From the sequence record DRR378314_424: DNA of 64,000 bases. One strand, given 5' to 3'. Shown piece by piece: positions 20,789 to 30,989 of the stretch. Position numbers and translations under genes: made by a program. Numbering within the stretch: the first letter of the stretch is position 1; every line of letters starts with the position of its first letter. A model generated the notes under the pieces. That model did not search any database, was not told the DNA's origin, and saw nothing but the letters and a program-made list of their open reading frames with translations.

Positions 20789-22093
20789 CTATTCTGCAGC
20801 CTGAACAGCACTTTGGTTAATGCCCGCATCGGAAAAATGCGCCTGCACGAAGGCTATGAACGTGTCGATATCTTCAGACACGACGCTGTGCCCACCCGGC
20901 CGGAGCCACCATGCAATTCCCGCATCGGGATCGAAATCCTGTTTCATGCCGCCATCCGGAAGGCCGGTCATTCCCACCGCCTCGTAAAGGGATGACGCTG
21001 CCTGCGCCGCGCGGAATGAAGAGTTTGGATCTGACCAGACATCCCGCCGTCCATTTCCGAGCAGCACGGGTGTCGGCGCCAACAATCCCAGCAATTGGTG
21101 CTGGTCGACCGGTAGTTCATCCACACGATCAAACCAGTCCCGAGCCTGGGGTGCGAGCCAATGCGGATAGGAATCTCCCATCCGTTTCAGGCCCTCGCCG
21201 GTTTGCGAGCGCGAGAGCGACGCCCCGGCAAACCCCGCCTGATGCGCGATGACCCCATCAATGCGATTGTCCCACACACCCGCCAGCAACGCCGCCTTGC
21301 CGAAACGAGAATGGCCGAGCAAAACTGTGCCATCCGGATCGATATCTGCCCGGGTCTCCAGAATTTGAGACGCTGCCGAATAGGCATAGGCCCACGCCAT
21401 CAATGTGCTGGTCGGCGCGACGGGGCCTCCAAGATTTGCCATCACGTCTCGCGCCTCTGCCCGACGGTCAGGGACGAAATCCGATCCATAGAAGCTGGCA
21501 TACGCGATGCCGGCATCCATGAACCGCTCCAGCGGCACTTTGGCGATGTAGGTGCCGAATATCTGTGTCGCGACGAAGCCAAACGCCCCTTCCATCTCGC
21601 TGCCATCGCAAATCGCGTCATCTGTGGCGGTCACCGGATAGCCGGGAAACGCCGCGCAATTGCTGGAAAAGGTCTGACTGATGATGACTGGGTGTGGCCC
21701 CGGCGCAGCGGGGGTGGCGACAACGAGATGAAACAGGCTGGCCCCGTCGCCTTGTCCGATCGTGACCGGAATTTCTTCCAGTCGTCCCTTACCGCCAAAC
21801 AGGCTCGCATCCACCAGGCGAGACTCGCCCCAGCTGACCGGCAAGCCTTCTGGCCAGGGCCCATAGAGTACTGCTTCGAACCTCTCCATCATCTGGCCGC
21901 GATAGGCATCGTCCCCAAGCATCGCGGCGACATTGATTTCCGGTTTTGGAACGGGCTTGTTTGCAGTTTCGAGACTTGCATAGTTCAGGCCCAGCATCGT
22001 GCAGCTGCTCATCACAAGCGCCGTCACGAAAATTAGCAGGATCAGTGGCAGGCGCACGAGAAACCAGACGCAAGCACGAAAAACTGAAAGCAT
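20789..22093 (-). CDS. CE15 (glucuronyl esterase)-like alpha/beta hydrolase, probable lipoprotein
   Basis: AWAY, GHSRFGK nucleophile motif, LPVDQHQLLGLLAP, DVWSDP, RPGGH; N-terminal LVMSSC. Confidence 0.75.
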   Translation of the reverse strand: MLSVFRACVWFLVRLPLILLIFVTALVMSSCTMLGLNYASLETANKPVPKPEINVAAMLGDDAYRGQMMERFEAVLYGPWPEGLPVSWGESRLVDASLFGGKGRLEEIPVTIGQGDGASLFHLVVATPAAPGPHPVIISQTFSSNCAAFPGYPVTATDDAICDGSEMEGAFGFVATQIFGTYIAKVPLERFMDAGIAYASFYGSDFVPDRRAEARDVMANLGGPVAPTSTLMAWAYAYSAASQILETRADIDPDGTVLLGHSRFGKAALLAGVWDNRIDGVIAHQAGFAGASLSRSQTGEGLKRMGDSYPHWLAPQARDWFDRVDELPVDQHQLLGLLAPTPVLLGNGRRDVWSDPNSSFRAAQAASSLYEAVGMTGLPDGGMKQDFDPDAGIAWWLRPGGHSVVSEDIDTFIAFVQAHFSDAGINQSAVQAAE

Positions 22094-22166
22094 GGGCCAC
22101 TCCGACAATTCAAGCCTGAAACCTAGCGACATTTGGCTGAGCGCCTAGCCCCTCACGGAAAAGTGG

Positions 22167-23021
22167 TTACGTCGCCAACTTGTCTTCATACTGCGCGCGA
22201 TAGCGGCGCGAACCTGGCACTTCGGCACCCGTGTCCAGCCGAAGCGTCACATCGCCTTCCCCTGTGGGTACGATCTCGCTGACACGGTCCAGATTGACGA
22301 GGTGAGAACGATGAACGCGGACATGCCGGTCGCCCGCCGCCTGCAGAAGACGTGACAGCTCGGTCAGCGTCATGCGCGCCAGATACTCCCGCCCTTCGGT
22401 AACAACTTCAACATAATTGCCGGCCGCCTTTGCCGAGATCACGTCTGGCGCGTTCACGAAATAGCTGCGCCCACCGGATTTCAAGGTCAGTCGATGCAAG
22501 TCTGTGGCGTCGCGCTTCGCCCCGCGTTCGTCGAGCGCACGTTGCTCCACCATGCGGTTCAGCCAGAACAGGGCAGCAATCAGCGTGTAGGTCAGAACGT
22601 CCTTGCGGAATTCATAGAGCCAGACAGACACATCCGTGAGGCCAAACTCATACGGAACACCGAAAATGATCGGGCTGAGAAGCTTGCGGATCGCGACCAT
22701 TGCGAGAATGTGCACGACAGAAAAGGCAATCGTCGCGGTCGCATGGACCAGAAGATTGACCTTCCACGCCTCCGCCGTCAGCGGGAACCGGCTGAGCATG
22801 AAAGTGATAAATGGCGTCAGCGCCAGGATCACTCCATGCGAGCTGGCCTGACTGAGCCAGGGCAGGTTTGGATACGGGTCGCCCGTCCGCAGCCACACAT
22901 GCTGATCTGACAGGGATTCCACGACGAAAGACGCAAACAGGAAGCACGCGAAGTACAACCACGTCTTGCGATCTGCGCGCCGGTCGGCCTCCAGTTCCGG
23001 ATGTGTTGAGACGATCTCCAT
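22167..23021 (-). CDS. Membrane-anchored LytTR-family transcriptional regulator
   Basis: About 4 N-terminal TM helices; C-terminal AAGNYVEV, VRVHRSHLVN, VPGSRRY LytTR motifs. Confidence 0.9.
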   Translation of the reverse strand: MEIVSTHPELEADRRADRKTWLYFACFLFASFVVESLSDQHVWLRTGDPYPNLPWLSQASSHGVILALTPFITFMLSRFPLTAEAWKVNLLVHATATIAFSVVHILAMVAIRKLLSPIIFGVPYEFGLTDVSVWLYEFRKDVLTYTLIAALFWLNRMVEQRALDERGAKRDATDLHRLTLKSGGRSYFVNAPDVISAKAAGNYVEVVTEGREYLARMTLTELSRLLQAAGDRHVRVHRSHLVNLDRVSEIVPTGEGDVTLRLDTGAEVPGSRRYRAQYEDKLAT

Positions 23022-23072
23022 CGGGGTTTCCTGCCACAGCCCACGTCATAGCCGGAACACAAATATCAGAAT

Positions 23073-23122
23073 TTCGTCCCCGAACGCCGCCATTTGTCCC
23101 CGGCGGACACAACTCGTCACCG
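23073..23122. promoter_or_regulatory. Three phased 10-bp direct repeats, candidate LytTR operator
   Basis: TTCGTCCCCG (23073), TTTGTCCCCG (23093), CTCGTCACCG (23113); 20-bp period. Confidence 0.7.
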
Positions 23123-23201
23123 CTGGCCACCTGATGGCCCATTCCAGCTGACTTGATGTCTCTTGAAAGCGAGGGTCACGCCAGCCCCTCTGGAGACCGC
23201 C

Positions 23202-24410
23202 ATGCCACACGCCCCCGCCTTCCCCCGCCGATACGATCTGGACTGGCTACGTATCATCGCGTTCGGCCTGCTCATTCTCTATCACTCGGGCATGTTCTAC
23301 GTGACTTGGGGCTGGCACGTGAAAAGCGTCCACGCCGGTCCCGAGGCCGAATGGGCCATGCTGCTGCTGAACCCCTGGCGGCTGTCGCTTCTCTTCTTCA
23401 TCTCCGGTGTGGCACTACGATTTGCGGCGGACAAACGCGGTGGCGGCAAACTCGCGCGGGAACGTTCGGTACGTTTGGGCCTGCCTATCCTGTTCGGCAT
23501 GGCGATTGTCGTGGCGCCACAGAGTTGGCTCCAACTGGTCGAGTCCGGCGAGTTCTCCGGCAGCTTCTGGGCTTTCTGGCCCCAATACCTCGATTTCAAC
23601 TCAGACTTTTCCATCACGACACCGACCTGGAACCACCTCTGGTACATCGTGTACCTGCTCGCCTACACGCTGTTGCTTGCCCCCTTCGCTGGCCGTATCT
23701 CACGCCTGATGCGAGGGCCGGGCGCGCGCGTGACGCAGGCGCTCTTCGCTGGCAAATGGGGACCGGCCACGGCGCTGGCCCTTCCGGTCCTGCCACACAT
23801 ACTCTACCGCCTGACGCTCGATCCCTATTTCCCGACCACGCATGATCTGACGAATGACTGGGCCAATCACGCCCACAGCCTGACCATGCTCATGCTGGGC
23901 TTCGTACTGGCAAAAGATGCCCACTTCTGGTCGGCCATCCGCCGCGCCCTGCCCGCCGCCATCGCCCTTGTATTGATCCTCGGGGTCGGGCTGTCGGCCA
24001 TTTGGGCACAGTGGGAAACCCTCAGCACCTCTGGTGAGTGGGACTGGATCATCTGGCCAGCGCGAATGGCCCGGCTTGCCTATGCCTGGATCGCAATTGC
24101 TGCCCTGCTCGGGCTCGCCCAACGTTTTCTAAACCGTCCGAGCCGCGCGCTGACCTATATGACGGAAGCGATTTTCCCCTGGTACATCCTGCACCAGACG
24201 CTGACAGTGATGCTCGGCTACTGGCTCACCCGCCAAGGCCTGCCGGTTGGATTGGAGGCCGTACTGGTCGTTGGCGGAACGTTTGCCGGATGCGCCTTGC
24301 TGCATGAACTCGTCATCCGCCGCGTCGGCTTCCTGCGGCCCCTGTTCGGGCTGAAGCCTGCAAGCTCGTCCGGGGCGGCTAGAAAGGCGAACGCGGCAAG
24401 GACAGTTTGA
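23202..24410 (+). CDS. Acyltransferase 3 family (OpgC/MdoC-like) membrane protein
   Basis: RRYDLDWLR, PWRLSLLFFISG, HLWYIVYL, FPWYILHQ; SD GGAG. Confidence 0.9.
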   Translation: MPHAPAFPRRYDLDWLRIIAFGLLILYHSGMFYVTWGWHVKSVHAGPEAEWAMLLLNPWRLSLLFFISGVALRFAADKRGGGKLARERSVRLGLPILFGMAIVVAPQSWLQLVESGEFSGSFWAFWPQYLDFNSDFSITTPTWNHLWYIVYLLAYTLLLAPFAGRISRLMRGPGARVTQALFAGKWGPATALALPVLPHILYRLTLDPYFPTTHDLTNDWANHAHSLTMLMLGFVLAKDAHFWSAIRRALPAAIALVLILGVGLSAIWAQWETLSTSGEWDWIIWPARMARLAYAWIAIAALLGLAQRFLNRPSRALTYMTEAIFPWYILHQTLTVMLGYWLTRQGLPVGLEAVLVVGGTFAGCALLHELVIRRVGFLRPLFGLKPASSSGAARKANAARTV

Positions 24411-24990
24411 ATATGATGCCAAACGCCCGAAGTACGAAAGCAGAGACGAGCCCCAGAATGAAAGCGAGAAATTCGTCACCGAGCCAAAGACTGGTCAGGA
24501 AATAGACCAGAGATCCCAACAAGGCCGCCGTGGCGTAGATTTCGGACTTCAACAGAAGCAGCGGCTTTTCGTTTGCCACAACGTCGCGCAGCAAGCCGCC
24601 GGCGCTGGCGGTCATTGTGCCCATGATCAGGACGACCGGCCAGCCATGCCCCAGCGCCGCAGCCTTTGCCGCGCCCGTCACGGCGAACAAAGCCATGCCA
24701 ATCGCATCAGCCCAGCGAAGGGGCCGGAAATTCTCCAGCCAGCGATGGAAGAAAAACGCTGCAAGACCTCCCGCGATCGCAAAACCTAGCGTTTGTGTGT
24801 CCTCCAGCCAGAACACTGGCTGTGAGAGGATGAGGTCACGCAACGTACCGCCACCAATCGCAGGCAGGAAAGCCATCACGATCACGCCGAACAGATCCAT
24901 CTCCTTGCGTACCGCGACGATGCCGCCGGAAATCGCAAAGACGAACACACCGATACGGTCGGTAAACAGGAACAAGAGGTCTGGATTCAT
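24379..24990 (-). CDS. Trimeric intracellular cation channel family (YadS/UPF0126) protein
   Basis: Duplicated GGGTLRD/GGLLRD motifs, DAIGMALF, EIYATAA. Confidence 0.92.
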   Translation of the reverse strand: MNPDLLFLFTDRIGVFVFAISGGIVAVRKEMDLFGVIVMAFLPAIGGGTLRDLILSQPVFWLEDTQTLGFAIAGGLAAFFFHRWLENFRPLRWADAIGMALFAVTGAAKAAALGHGWPVVLIMGTMTASAGGLLRDVVANEKPLLLLKSEIYATAALLGSLVYFLTSLWLGDEFLAFILGLVSAFVLRAFGIIFKLSLPRSPF

Positions 24991-25020
24991 GCGCCGATTA
25001 AGACTGGCGACGGCATCAAA

Positions 25021-25467
25021 TCAATCCCTGCGATGCCTGCGGCGGTGATGATCATGATCATCGGCGCGCGCCGTATCATAAGCACGATTGCGCTCCCAGC
25101 AGCCGCATTCCGTGCTCCATGTGAAGCCCTCGCCGCGGCCATTTACCTTCAAAGAAGATGAAGTCATCTCGCCCGTATCGGTGTTGCCGAACATGTCGAC
25201 ATAGCCGTCGCCATTGGTATCGCATTGATAGAAACTGCCGGTGTTTACGCACTCATTGTAGCCGACCCATTGCGTGGTGTCGTAATTTGTCGCCCCCACA
25301 CCATAGGGAGTCGCGCCGCCATAGCCGGTCGAACCGTAGGGCGAATATTGCATGTCATAGCTTGCCTGAGCGAGCCCCTGCGAGATGGCCTCCAGCTCCG
25401 CCGTGGTGCAGGCCGACAGACAGAGAGCCGCAGAGCCCGCCACAATTCCGGTGAACGTCCTGATCAT
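25021..25467 (-). CDS. Hypothetical lipoprotein
   Basis: Lipobox LSAC; SD AGGGG; Tyr/Gly-rich; DTNGDGYVD; His/Arg-rich tail. Confidence 0.7.
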   Translation of the reverse strand: MIRTFTGIVAGSAALCLSACTTAELEAISQGLAQASYDMQYSPYGSTGYGGATPYGVGATNYDTTQWVGYNECVNTGSFYQCDTNGDGYVDMFGNTDTGEMTSSSLKVNGRGEGFTWSTECGCWERNRAYDTARADDHDHHRRRHRRD

Positions 25468-25637
25468 TGCGTGCGTCCCCTTTCCAGCCCGCTCGAATAA
25501 CATTGCCAGACTGTAACCTTGGCAAGATGAACACCAGTCAACGAGTCAGGCCGGGCCGGAGCTTTGATCATTTTGCGAGATCGTCTTGTGAAGTGATGCC
25601 TGGCAGGCGTATTATTTGACGAGACAGGGATAGGCTT

Positions 25638-26471
25638 ATGAAATCACTCACCACATTCGTGCTCGCCAGCATCGGTGCATTTCTGGCGCTGTCGCTTCCG
25701 GCGCACGCGCAGGGGACGTGCCCGAAAGGCCGCGAGCTCGTGAACACGCTGGTTACTTCGATCAACGCCATTCCGGGCGATCCCAACAAGACCAAGGCCT
25801 ATGCGATCGTATACTGGAAGCGCGCGACCTATCAGGTCTACGAGAACGTGAACCTTCTCGGGGTCTTGAATGGTTGCAGCTATCCGAAAGGAAATTGCGG
25901 TCTTCCGGATGACCTGTCCGGAACGCGCTTTCAGCAATTAGTGGATTATCAGGACGCCGTTTATGCCTTCAGAAACGGCAAGACCAGTTCTGAGCCGCGT
26001 GTTCCGATGAGTGCGCCATTCCCTGATGACGGCATGCTTGAATGGGCTGAAGGGGTGCTTGGCTGCACCACATCCGAACCTGCACCCGCCGCGCCTCCGC
26101 AAACGGCGCCAGACCCGAAATGGGTTGGCTATGACGCCGCACGTCAGGCAGGCGGCGACCAGTTTTACCAGTGGTGGCGCAAGAACTTCGAAATGCGGCG
26201 AACCGCAGATGCGTTTGAGCTTTGCCGCAAGTTCGGATCTTCCAGCTATGAGTGCAGCCTGGTCGCAGAGTGGACCTATCTGAATTCAGGCCGCAATCCC
26301 TATACGGGCGGCACCACCCAGACCTTCAATGGGACCTATTCAGATCAGGATCGCGGCTACAATGCAGGCTATGAGGGCACCGTGCCGAAGCCGAGCTATA
26401 CCCCGCCAACGTCGAACGAGCCACGCTGCTATGATCAGGGCGACGGGACGGAAAAGTGCTTCTACGACTGA
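25638..26471 (+). CDS. Hypothetical secreted Cys-rich protein
   Basis: Signal peptide ending AHA; 8 Cys; Pro-rich linkers. Confidence 0.75.
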   Translation: MKSLTTFVLASIGAFLALSLPAHAQGTCPKGRELVNTLVTSINAIPGDPNKTKAYAIVYWKRATYQVYENVNLLGVLNGCSYPKGNCGLPDDLSGTRFQQLVDYQDAVYAFRNGKTSSEPRVPMSAPFPDDGMLEWAEGVLGCTTSEPAPAAPPQTAPDPKWVGYDAARQAGGDQFYQWWRKNFEMRRTADAFELCRKFGSSSYECSLVAEWTYLNSGRNPYTGGTTQTFNGTYSDQDRGYNAGYEGTVPKPSYTPPTSNEPRCYDQGDGTEKCFYD

Positions 26472-26480
26472 AGACGGTGC

Positions 26481-27617
26481 CTATTCCGCCGCGACGGTCT
26501 CAGCAGCCTCCCGCTGGGCTTTCAGGCGTTCGGCCTTCTTCTCGACCAGCTCGACGATATGCTCGACCATGTCGGCATTCGACACATTATGGTCCGGTCG
26601 ACCGGACACGAACATCTTTCCGCTTTCCTTGCCACCGCCGGTAAAGCCGAGATCGGTCATGGCGGCTTCACCGGGGCCGTTCACGACACAGCCGATAATG
26701 GAGAGCGAGATGGGCTCTGAAATATGGGCCAGGCGCTGCTCCAGCGTTTCAACTGTCTTGATCACGTCGAAACCCTGACGCGCGCAGCTTGGGCAGGCGA
26801 TGATGTTCACGCCGCGGGTACGCAGGCCCAATGACTTCAACATTTCGAAGCCAACCTTCACCTCCTCCACCGGATCAGCAGAGAGCGAGACGCGGATTGT
26901 GTCACCGATGCCGGACCACAACAATGTTCCCATACCGATGGAAGACTTCACTGTTCCCGTCCGCAGGCCGCCAGCCTCCGTGATGCCCAGATGCAACGGC
27001 GCGTCCGTGGCCTCGGCCAGCTGGTGATACGCCGCGACCGTCAGGAACATGTCTGAGGCCTTCACCGAAATCTTGTATTCGTGGAAGCCGAGATCATCGA
27101 GAATACGAGCATGGTCCAGAGCGCTTTCGACCATCGCGTCCGGACAAGGCTCACCATATTTTTCCAGCAGGTGACGCTCCAGAGATCCGCCATTCACGCC
27201 GATCCGAATGGAACAGCCATTGGCCCGCGCCGCGGCAACCACTTCCTTCACTCGCGCAGGAGACCCGATATTGCCGGGATTGATCCGCAAGCAGGCCGCA
27301 CCAGCGTCAGCTGCTTCGATGCCGCGCTTATAGTGGAAGTGAATGTCCGCCACGATCGGCACCGGGCTTGCCCGGCAAATCTCCGGCATCGCCGCCGTTG
27401 ATTCCTCCGTCGGGCAGGAAACACGCACAATGTCCGCGCCTGCCTCAGCGGCACGCTCGATCTGCGCGATCGTTGCCGCCGCATCTTCTGTCGGTGTATT
27501 TGTCATGGTCTGAACCGCGATTGGCGCGTCTCCGCCAACCAATACATTGCCTACGCGGATCTGACGCGATTTGCGGCGCTCGATGCTGCGCCAGGGACGA
27601 ATGGCATTATGAGACAT
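26481..27617 (-). CDS. ispG: HMBPP synthase IspG/GcpE
   Basis: [36 protein letters not shown]. Confidence 0.99.
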   Translation of the reverse strand: MSHNAIRPWRSIERRKSRQIRVGNVLVGGDAPIAVQTMTNTPTEDAAATIAQIERAAEAGADIVRVSCPTEESTAAMPEICRASPVPIVADIHFHYKRGIEAADAGAACLRINPGNIGSPARVKEVVAAARANGCSIRIGVNGGSLERHLLEKYGEPCPDAMVESALDHARILDDLGFHEYKISVKASDMFLTVAAYHQLAEATDAPLHLGITEAGGLRTGTVKSSIGMGTLLWSGIGDTIRVSLSADPVEEVKVGFEMLKSLGLRTRGVNIIACPSCARQGFDVIKTVETLEQRLAHISEPISLSIIGCVVNGPGEAAMTDLGFTGGGKESGKMFVSGRPDHNVSNADMVEHIVELVEKKAERLKAQREAAETVAAE

Positions 27618-27682
27618 GGGCGCGAAGTCCTGTCCGGTGACTGTCGTGCATCACATGGCCGGTCCGGCGACACATGGCAAGC

Positions 27683-28603
27683 CTAGCGCGACGCCTTGTT
27701 GCCGGCATTGGCAGCCATCGCCGGGGCCGCCGCATCTGCTGCGCGGCTGATCTGTTCATCAATGCTGGCGGAAAAGACCGGAGTTGCCTCTGGTCCGAGG
27801 GGACCGACTGTTACATCGCCAACGCGCCATTCAAACGCGCTGCCATCACGCGCGGAAACCGTCCAGCCTGCATTGAGGCGCGGGAAATAGCTCTCACCCT
27901 CAGCCATCACACGGCTGCGGAAGATCGTGCCATCCGCGCCGCGCACTTCCAGCCAGCCCTGCTTCACGGCGACCAGCTCCAGGGGCAAATCCTTCGGTGC
28001 CGGGCGTTTGGACGTTTCAACATCTGCAAACAGGCTGTCGCGCGCGCCATTCACGGCGACGACGCCAGCCTGAGGCTCAAGCTCCACATTTGGGCGAACC
28101 AGTTGCGAAACGCCAATCGCGCCCGCCCCCAATACGACCAGAAGTGCCGCCGCGGCGACAGCGAGCGGCCATCGCGACTTCTCCGGGCCAATCTCGCCAA
28201 TCTTCGGAACCGGTGCATCATTCTGCACTTCCTGCACCGCGCCGCATTCCTGACTGTAAACGCGAATGACTTCTTTTTCGGGAAGCTTCAGATATTTGGC
28301 ATAGGTGTTGAGGATCGCGGTCAGATAACCGCCGCCTGGAAGTTCACCGACTTCCATACGTTCGATCCACATCAGATAGTCCTTGCGCATCAACGTATCG
28401 CGAGACACGTCCGCAATCTCAAGGCCCAGCGTCTCACGCACGCGGCGCAGGACCTGACCCATGCGCAGGGCCTCACCTTCAAACTCGCGCGCCTTGAAGA
28501 TCTCCATTGCCCGCTCATGCGCGCTCACGCCATCAGCGCTCGGCGCAGCCGTTTCCGGGCCGGTTTCAACAAGATCTTCGCGGGTCAAATCGTCGTGTGC
28601 CAT
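27683..28603 (-). CDS. rodZ: Cell-shape protein RodZ (HTH, TM, DUF4115)
   Basis: GQVLRRVRETLGL HTH, YAKYLKL, single TM, WLEVRGADG; between ptsP and ispG; start uncertain. Confidence 0.85.
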   Translation of the reverse strand: MAHDDLTREDLVETGPETAAPSADGVSAHERAMEIFKAREFEGEALRMGQVLRRVRETLGLEIADVSRDTLMRKDYLMWIERMEVGELPGGGYLTAILNTYAKYLKLPEKEVIRVYSQECGAVQEVQNDAPVPKIGEIGPEKSRWPLAVAAAALLVVLGAGAIGVSQLVRPNVELEPQAGVVAVNGARDSLFADVETSKRPAPKDLPLELVAVKQGWLEVRGADGTIFRSRVMAEGESYFPRLNAGWTVSARDGSAFEWRVGDVTVGPLGPEATPVFSASIDEQISRAADAAAPAMAANAGNKASR

Positions 28604-28695
28604 ATTCATCCAGCTTATCGATACAGCGAGGGGGTCCCCTCCCTGCACCGCAATATCTGGTCCATGAATGTGGTGATTATATGGGCCAGAGCGTA

Positions 28696-30963
28696 TTAAC
28701 CATCAGAAAGCTCGATCCCATGATCGGCTGCCAAGGCTAACACTTGGTTACGGAAATCCTGCTCGGGCGCATCCAGCGCAGCCAGAAAGTCCGGCTGGAA
28801 CGCCTGCAGATCCAAGGACCTTATCATTTGCTTGACCGGTCCAATAGATCCTGCCGACATCGACAATGCAGTAAATCCGAGCGCGACGAAGCAGAGCGCT
28901 GACAGCGGCGTTCCGGTCGCCTCGCCACAGGCCGACATGCGGATGCCGTGCGTCTTGCAGGAATCCGATACCTCTTTCAGGAAACGCAGGCCGCTGGGTG
29001 ACACCAGATCGTAGCGTTCCGACACATGCGGCGTCATCCGATCTGCGGCAAAGAAGAACTGCATCAAATCGTTGGTCCCGACCGACAGGAATGAGGCCTT
29101 TCCGGCCAGTTCCTTCAGCCCATAGGCAAGCGCCGGCGTCTCAAGCATCACACCAACTTCTACTTTAGCCGGGGTGCGGCCCGTGCGCTGCGCAGACCAT
29201 TCCACTTCCTTCATCAACAGATCCCGCGCTTCCTCGAATTCGGAAACCACGGTCACCATCGGGAACATGACGGTCAGCGGGCGATCCCCTGCCGCGCGAA
29301 CGAGTGCCCGCAACTGACGGCGGAACAGGCCCTTATGGTCCAGCGCGAACCGGATGGAACGCCATCCGAGGGCCGGGTTTTCCTCCCGCTGCAGATTCAG
29401 CGCGGGCAGCACCTTGTCGCCGCCGAGATCCACAGTGCGGAAGACGACCGGTTTGCCTTCAGCCTTGTCGAGCACCGTCTTGTAGAGCTCGATCTGGTCG
29501 TTCACCCGCGGCAGGGACTCAGACACAAGAAACTGGAACTCAGTCCGGAATAGGCCGACCCCATCGGCGCCTGCCTGTTTCATCATGTCGAGATCCAGCT
29601 CCAGGCCTGCATTCAGCATCAGGGACACATCGGTCCCGTCCTTCGTGCGCGCAGGCAGATCCTTCAAGGCAGCATAGGCCGCCTGACGTTCCGAGCGGAG
29701 GGAGACTCGACCCTTGTACGCATCGTACAGAGAGTCATCCGGGCGAATGTGCAGCGTGCCTTCTTCGGCATCCACGATCACCCAGTCCCCCTGATCAATC
29801 CGCGTTGTCAGCCCCTTGATGCCGCCGAGCGTGGGGATACCAAGCGCGCGCGCCACGATTGCGGCATGAGAGGACGCCGCCGCCTCTTCCATAAGAATCG
29901 CCCGCAGGCCCGTGTTGGAGTATTCCAGCAACTCGGCAGGCCCCAGACGCCGGGCGACGAGAACGCTACGTTCTTCGCTGATTTGCGGCTTGCCCTCTTC
30001 CCCGCCAAGGATGCGCAGCAACCGGTTGTCGAGATCTTCGAGATCGTGAAGGCGCTCTCGCAGGTAGGGGTCACGCGCACTTTGCAGGCGGGCGCGGTGT
30101 TCCCGGCGGGCACGATCTACCGAAGCCTCTGCCGAGAGGCCGGACTTCACGCCTTCCTGCAGCTTCTCGGCCCATGACGGGTCATGCGCTAGCAGCCGAT
30201 ACGTCTCCATCACATCGCGCGGGTCTTCGCCAAGTGCGGCGCCGTCAAGCGACATCATGCGATCAATCGAGGCCTTGAGTTCAGCCATGCCTTCCGACAG
30301 GCGATGACTTTCCGTCACCTGATCCGCTGCGAAGAATTTTGCGGCGGGCACGACCGGATCATGCAAAACGGCGCGGCCATAGCCGAGCCCTTCGCAGAAC
30401 ACACGCCCTTCCAGTGACGCAGTGTTTCGCTCTCGCTTCTCATCCGTGCCGCCATTGTTCAGGGCGTCCGGATTGATGCGATCGACGATCTCTGCGAGCA
30501 CCATTGCAATGGTCTGCAAATTGTCGACTTCTTCATCATCATACGCCCGCTCGGTGCGGTTCTGGACGGTCAGCACGCCAATGACGCGGCCGCCACGCAG
30601 GATCGGCACGCCAAGAAAGGCGTGGAACGGGTCTTCTCCGGTCTCTGGCCGGTAGGAAAAGGATGGATGACGCGGCGCATCCTGAATGGCCATCGGCTCA
30701 GCGCGGCGCGCAACAAGACCGACAAGCCCTTCATTCGCGGTGAGGCGCGTTGCGGCGACCGCGTCAGCTTTCAGACCTTCAGTAGCGATCAGCAGCAGGC
30801 CGCCATCCTGCAACCGCAAATAGATGGAGCAGACATCTGCAACCATTGTGGAGGCAATCAGCCTTACAACCTTGTCGAGCCGCGAACGTGTTTCGCCTTC
30901 CTCCGCCATGACCTGGCGGAGCCGGTTCATCAGCAGTCGCGTCGCGGGCAGATTATAAGGCAT
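28696..30963 (-). CDS. ptsP: PEP-protein phosphotransferase EI-Ntr
   Basis: N-terminal GAF domain, SHAAIVARA, GLFRTEF, SVGTNDL. Confidence 0.97.
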   Translation of the reverse strand: MPYNLPATRLLMNRLRQVMAEEGETRSRLDKVVRLIASTMVADVCSIYLRLQDGGLLLIATEGLKADAVAATRLTANEGLVGLVARRAEPMAIQDAPRHPSFSYRPETGEDPFHAFLGVPILRGGRVIGVLTVQNRTERAYDDEEVDNLQTIAMVLAEIVDRINPDALNNGGTDEKRERNTASLEGRVFCEGLGYGRAVLHDPVVPAAKFFAADQVTESHRLSEGMAELKASIDRMMSLDGAALGEDPRDVMETYRLLAHDPSWAEKLQEGVKSGLSAEASVDRARREHRARLQSARDPYLRERLHDLEDLDNRLLRILGGEEGKPQISEERSVLVARRLGPAELLEYSNTGLRAILMEEAAASSHAAIVARALGIPTLGGIKGLTTRIDQGDWVIVDAEEGTLHIRPDDSLYDAYKGRVSLRSERQAAYAALKDLPARTKDGTDVSLMLNAGLELDLDMMKQAGADGVGLFRTEFQFLVSESLPRVNDQIELYKTVLDKAEGKPVVFRTVDLGGDKVLPALNLQREENPALGWRSIRFALDHKGLFRRQLRALVRAAGDRPLTVMFPMVTVVSEFEEARDLLMKEVEWSAQRTGRTPAKVEVGVMLETPALAYGLKELAGKASFLSVGTNDLMQFFFAADRMTPHVSERYDLVSPSGLRFLKEVSDSCKTHGIRMSACGEATGTPLSALCFVALGFTALSMSAGSIGPVKQMIRSLDLQAFQPDFLAALDAPEQDFRNQVLALAADHGIELSDG

Positions 30964-30989
30964 GGTCAGCCTGTTTGTCGCAGCCTCTG

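Noticed and set aside
23073-23122. Mini-CRISPR or tandem-repeat interpretation of the direct repeats
   Set aside because: Repeats and spacers are only 10 bp and no cas genes are present; fits a protein operator
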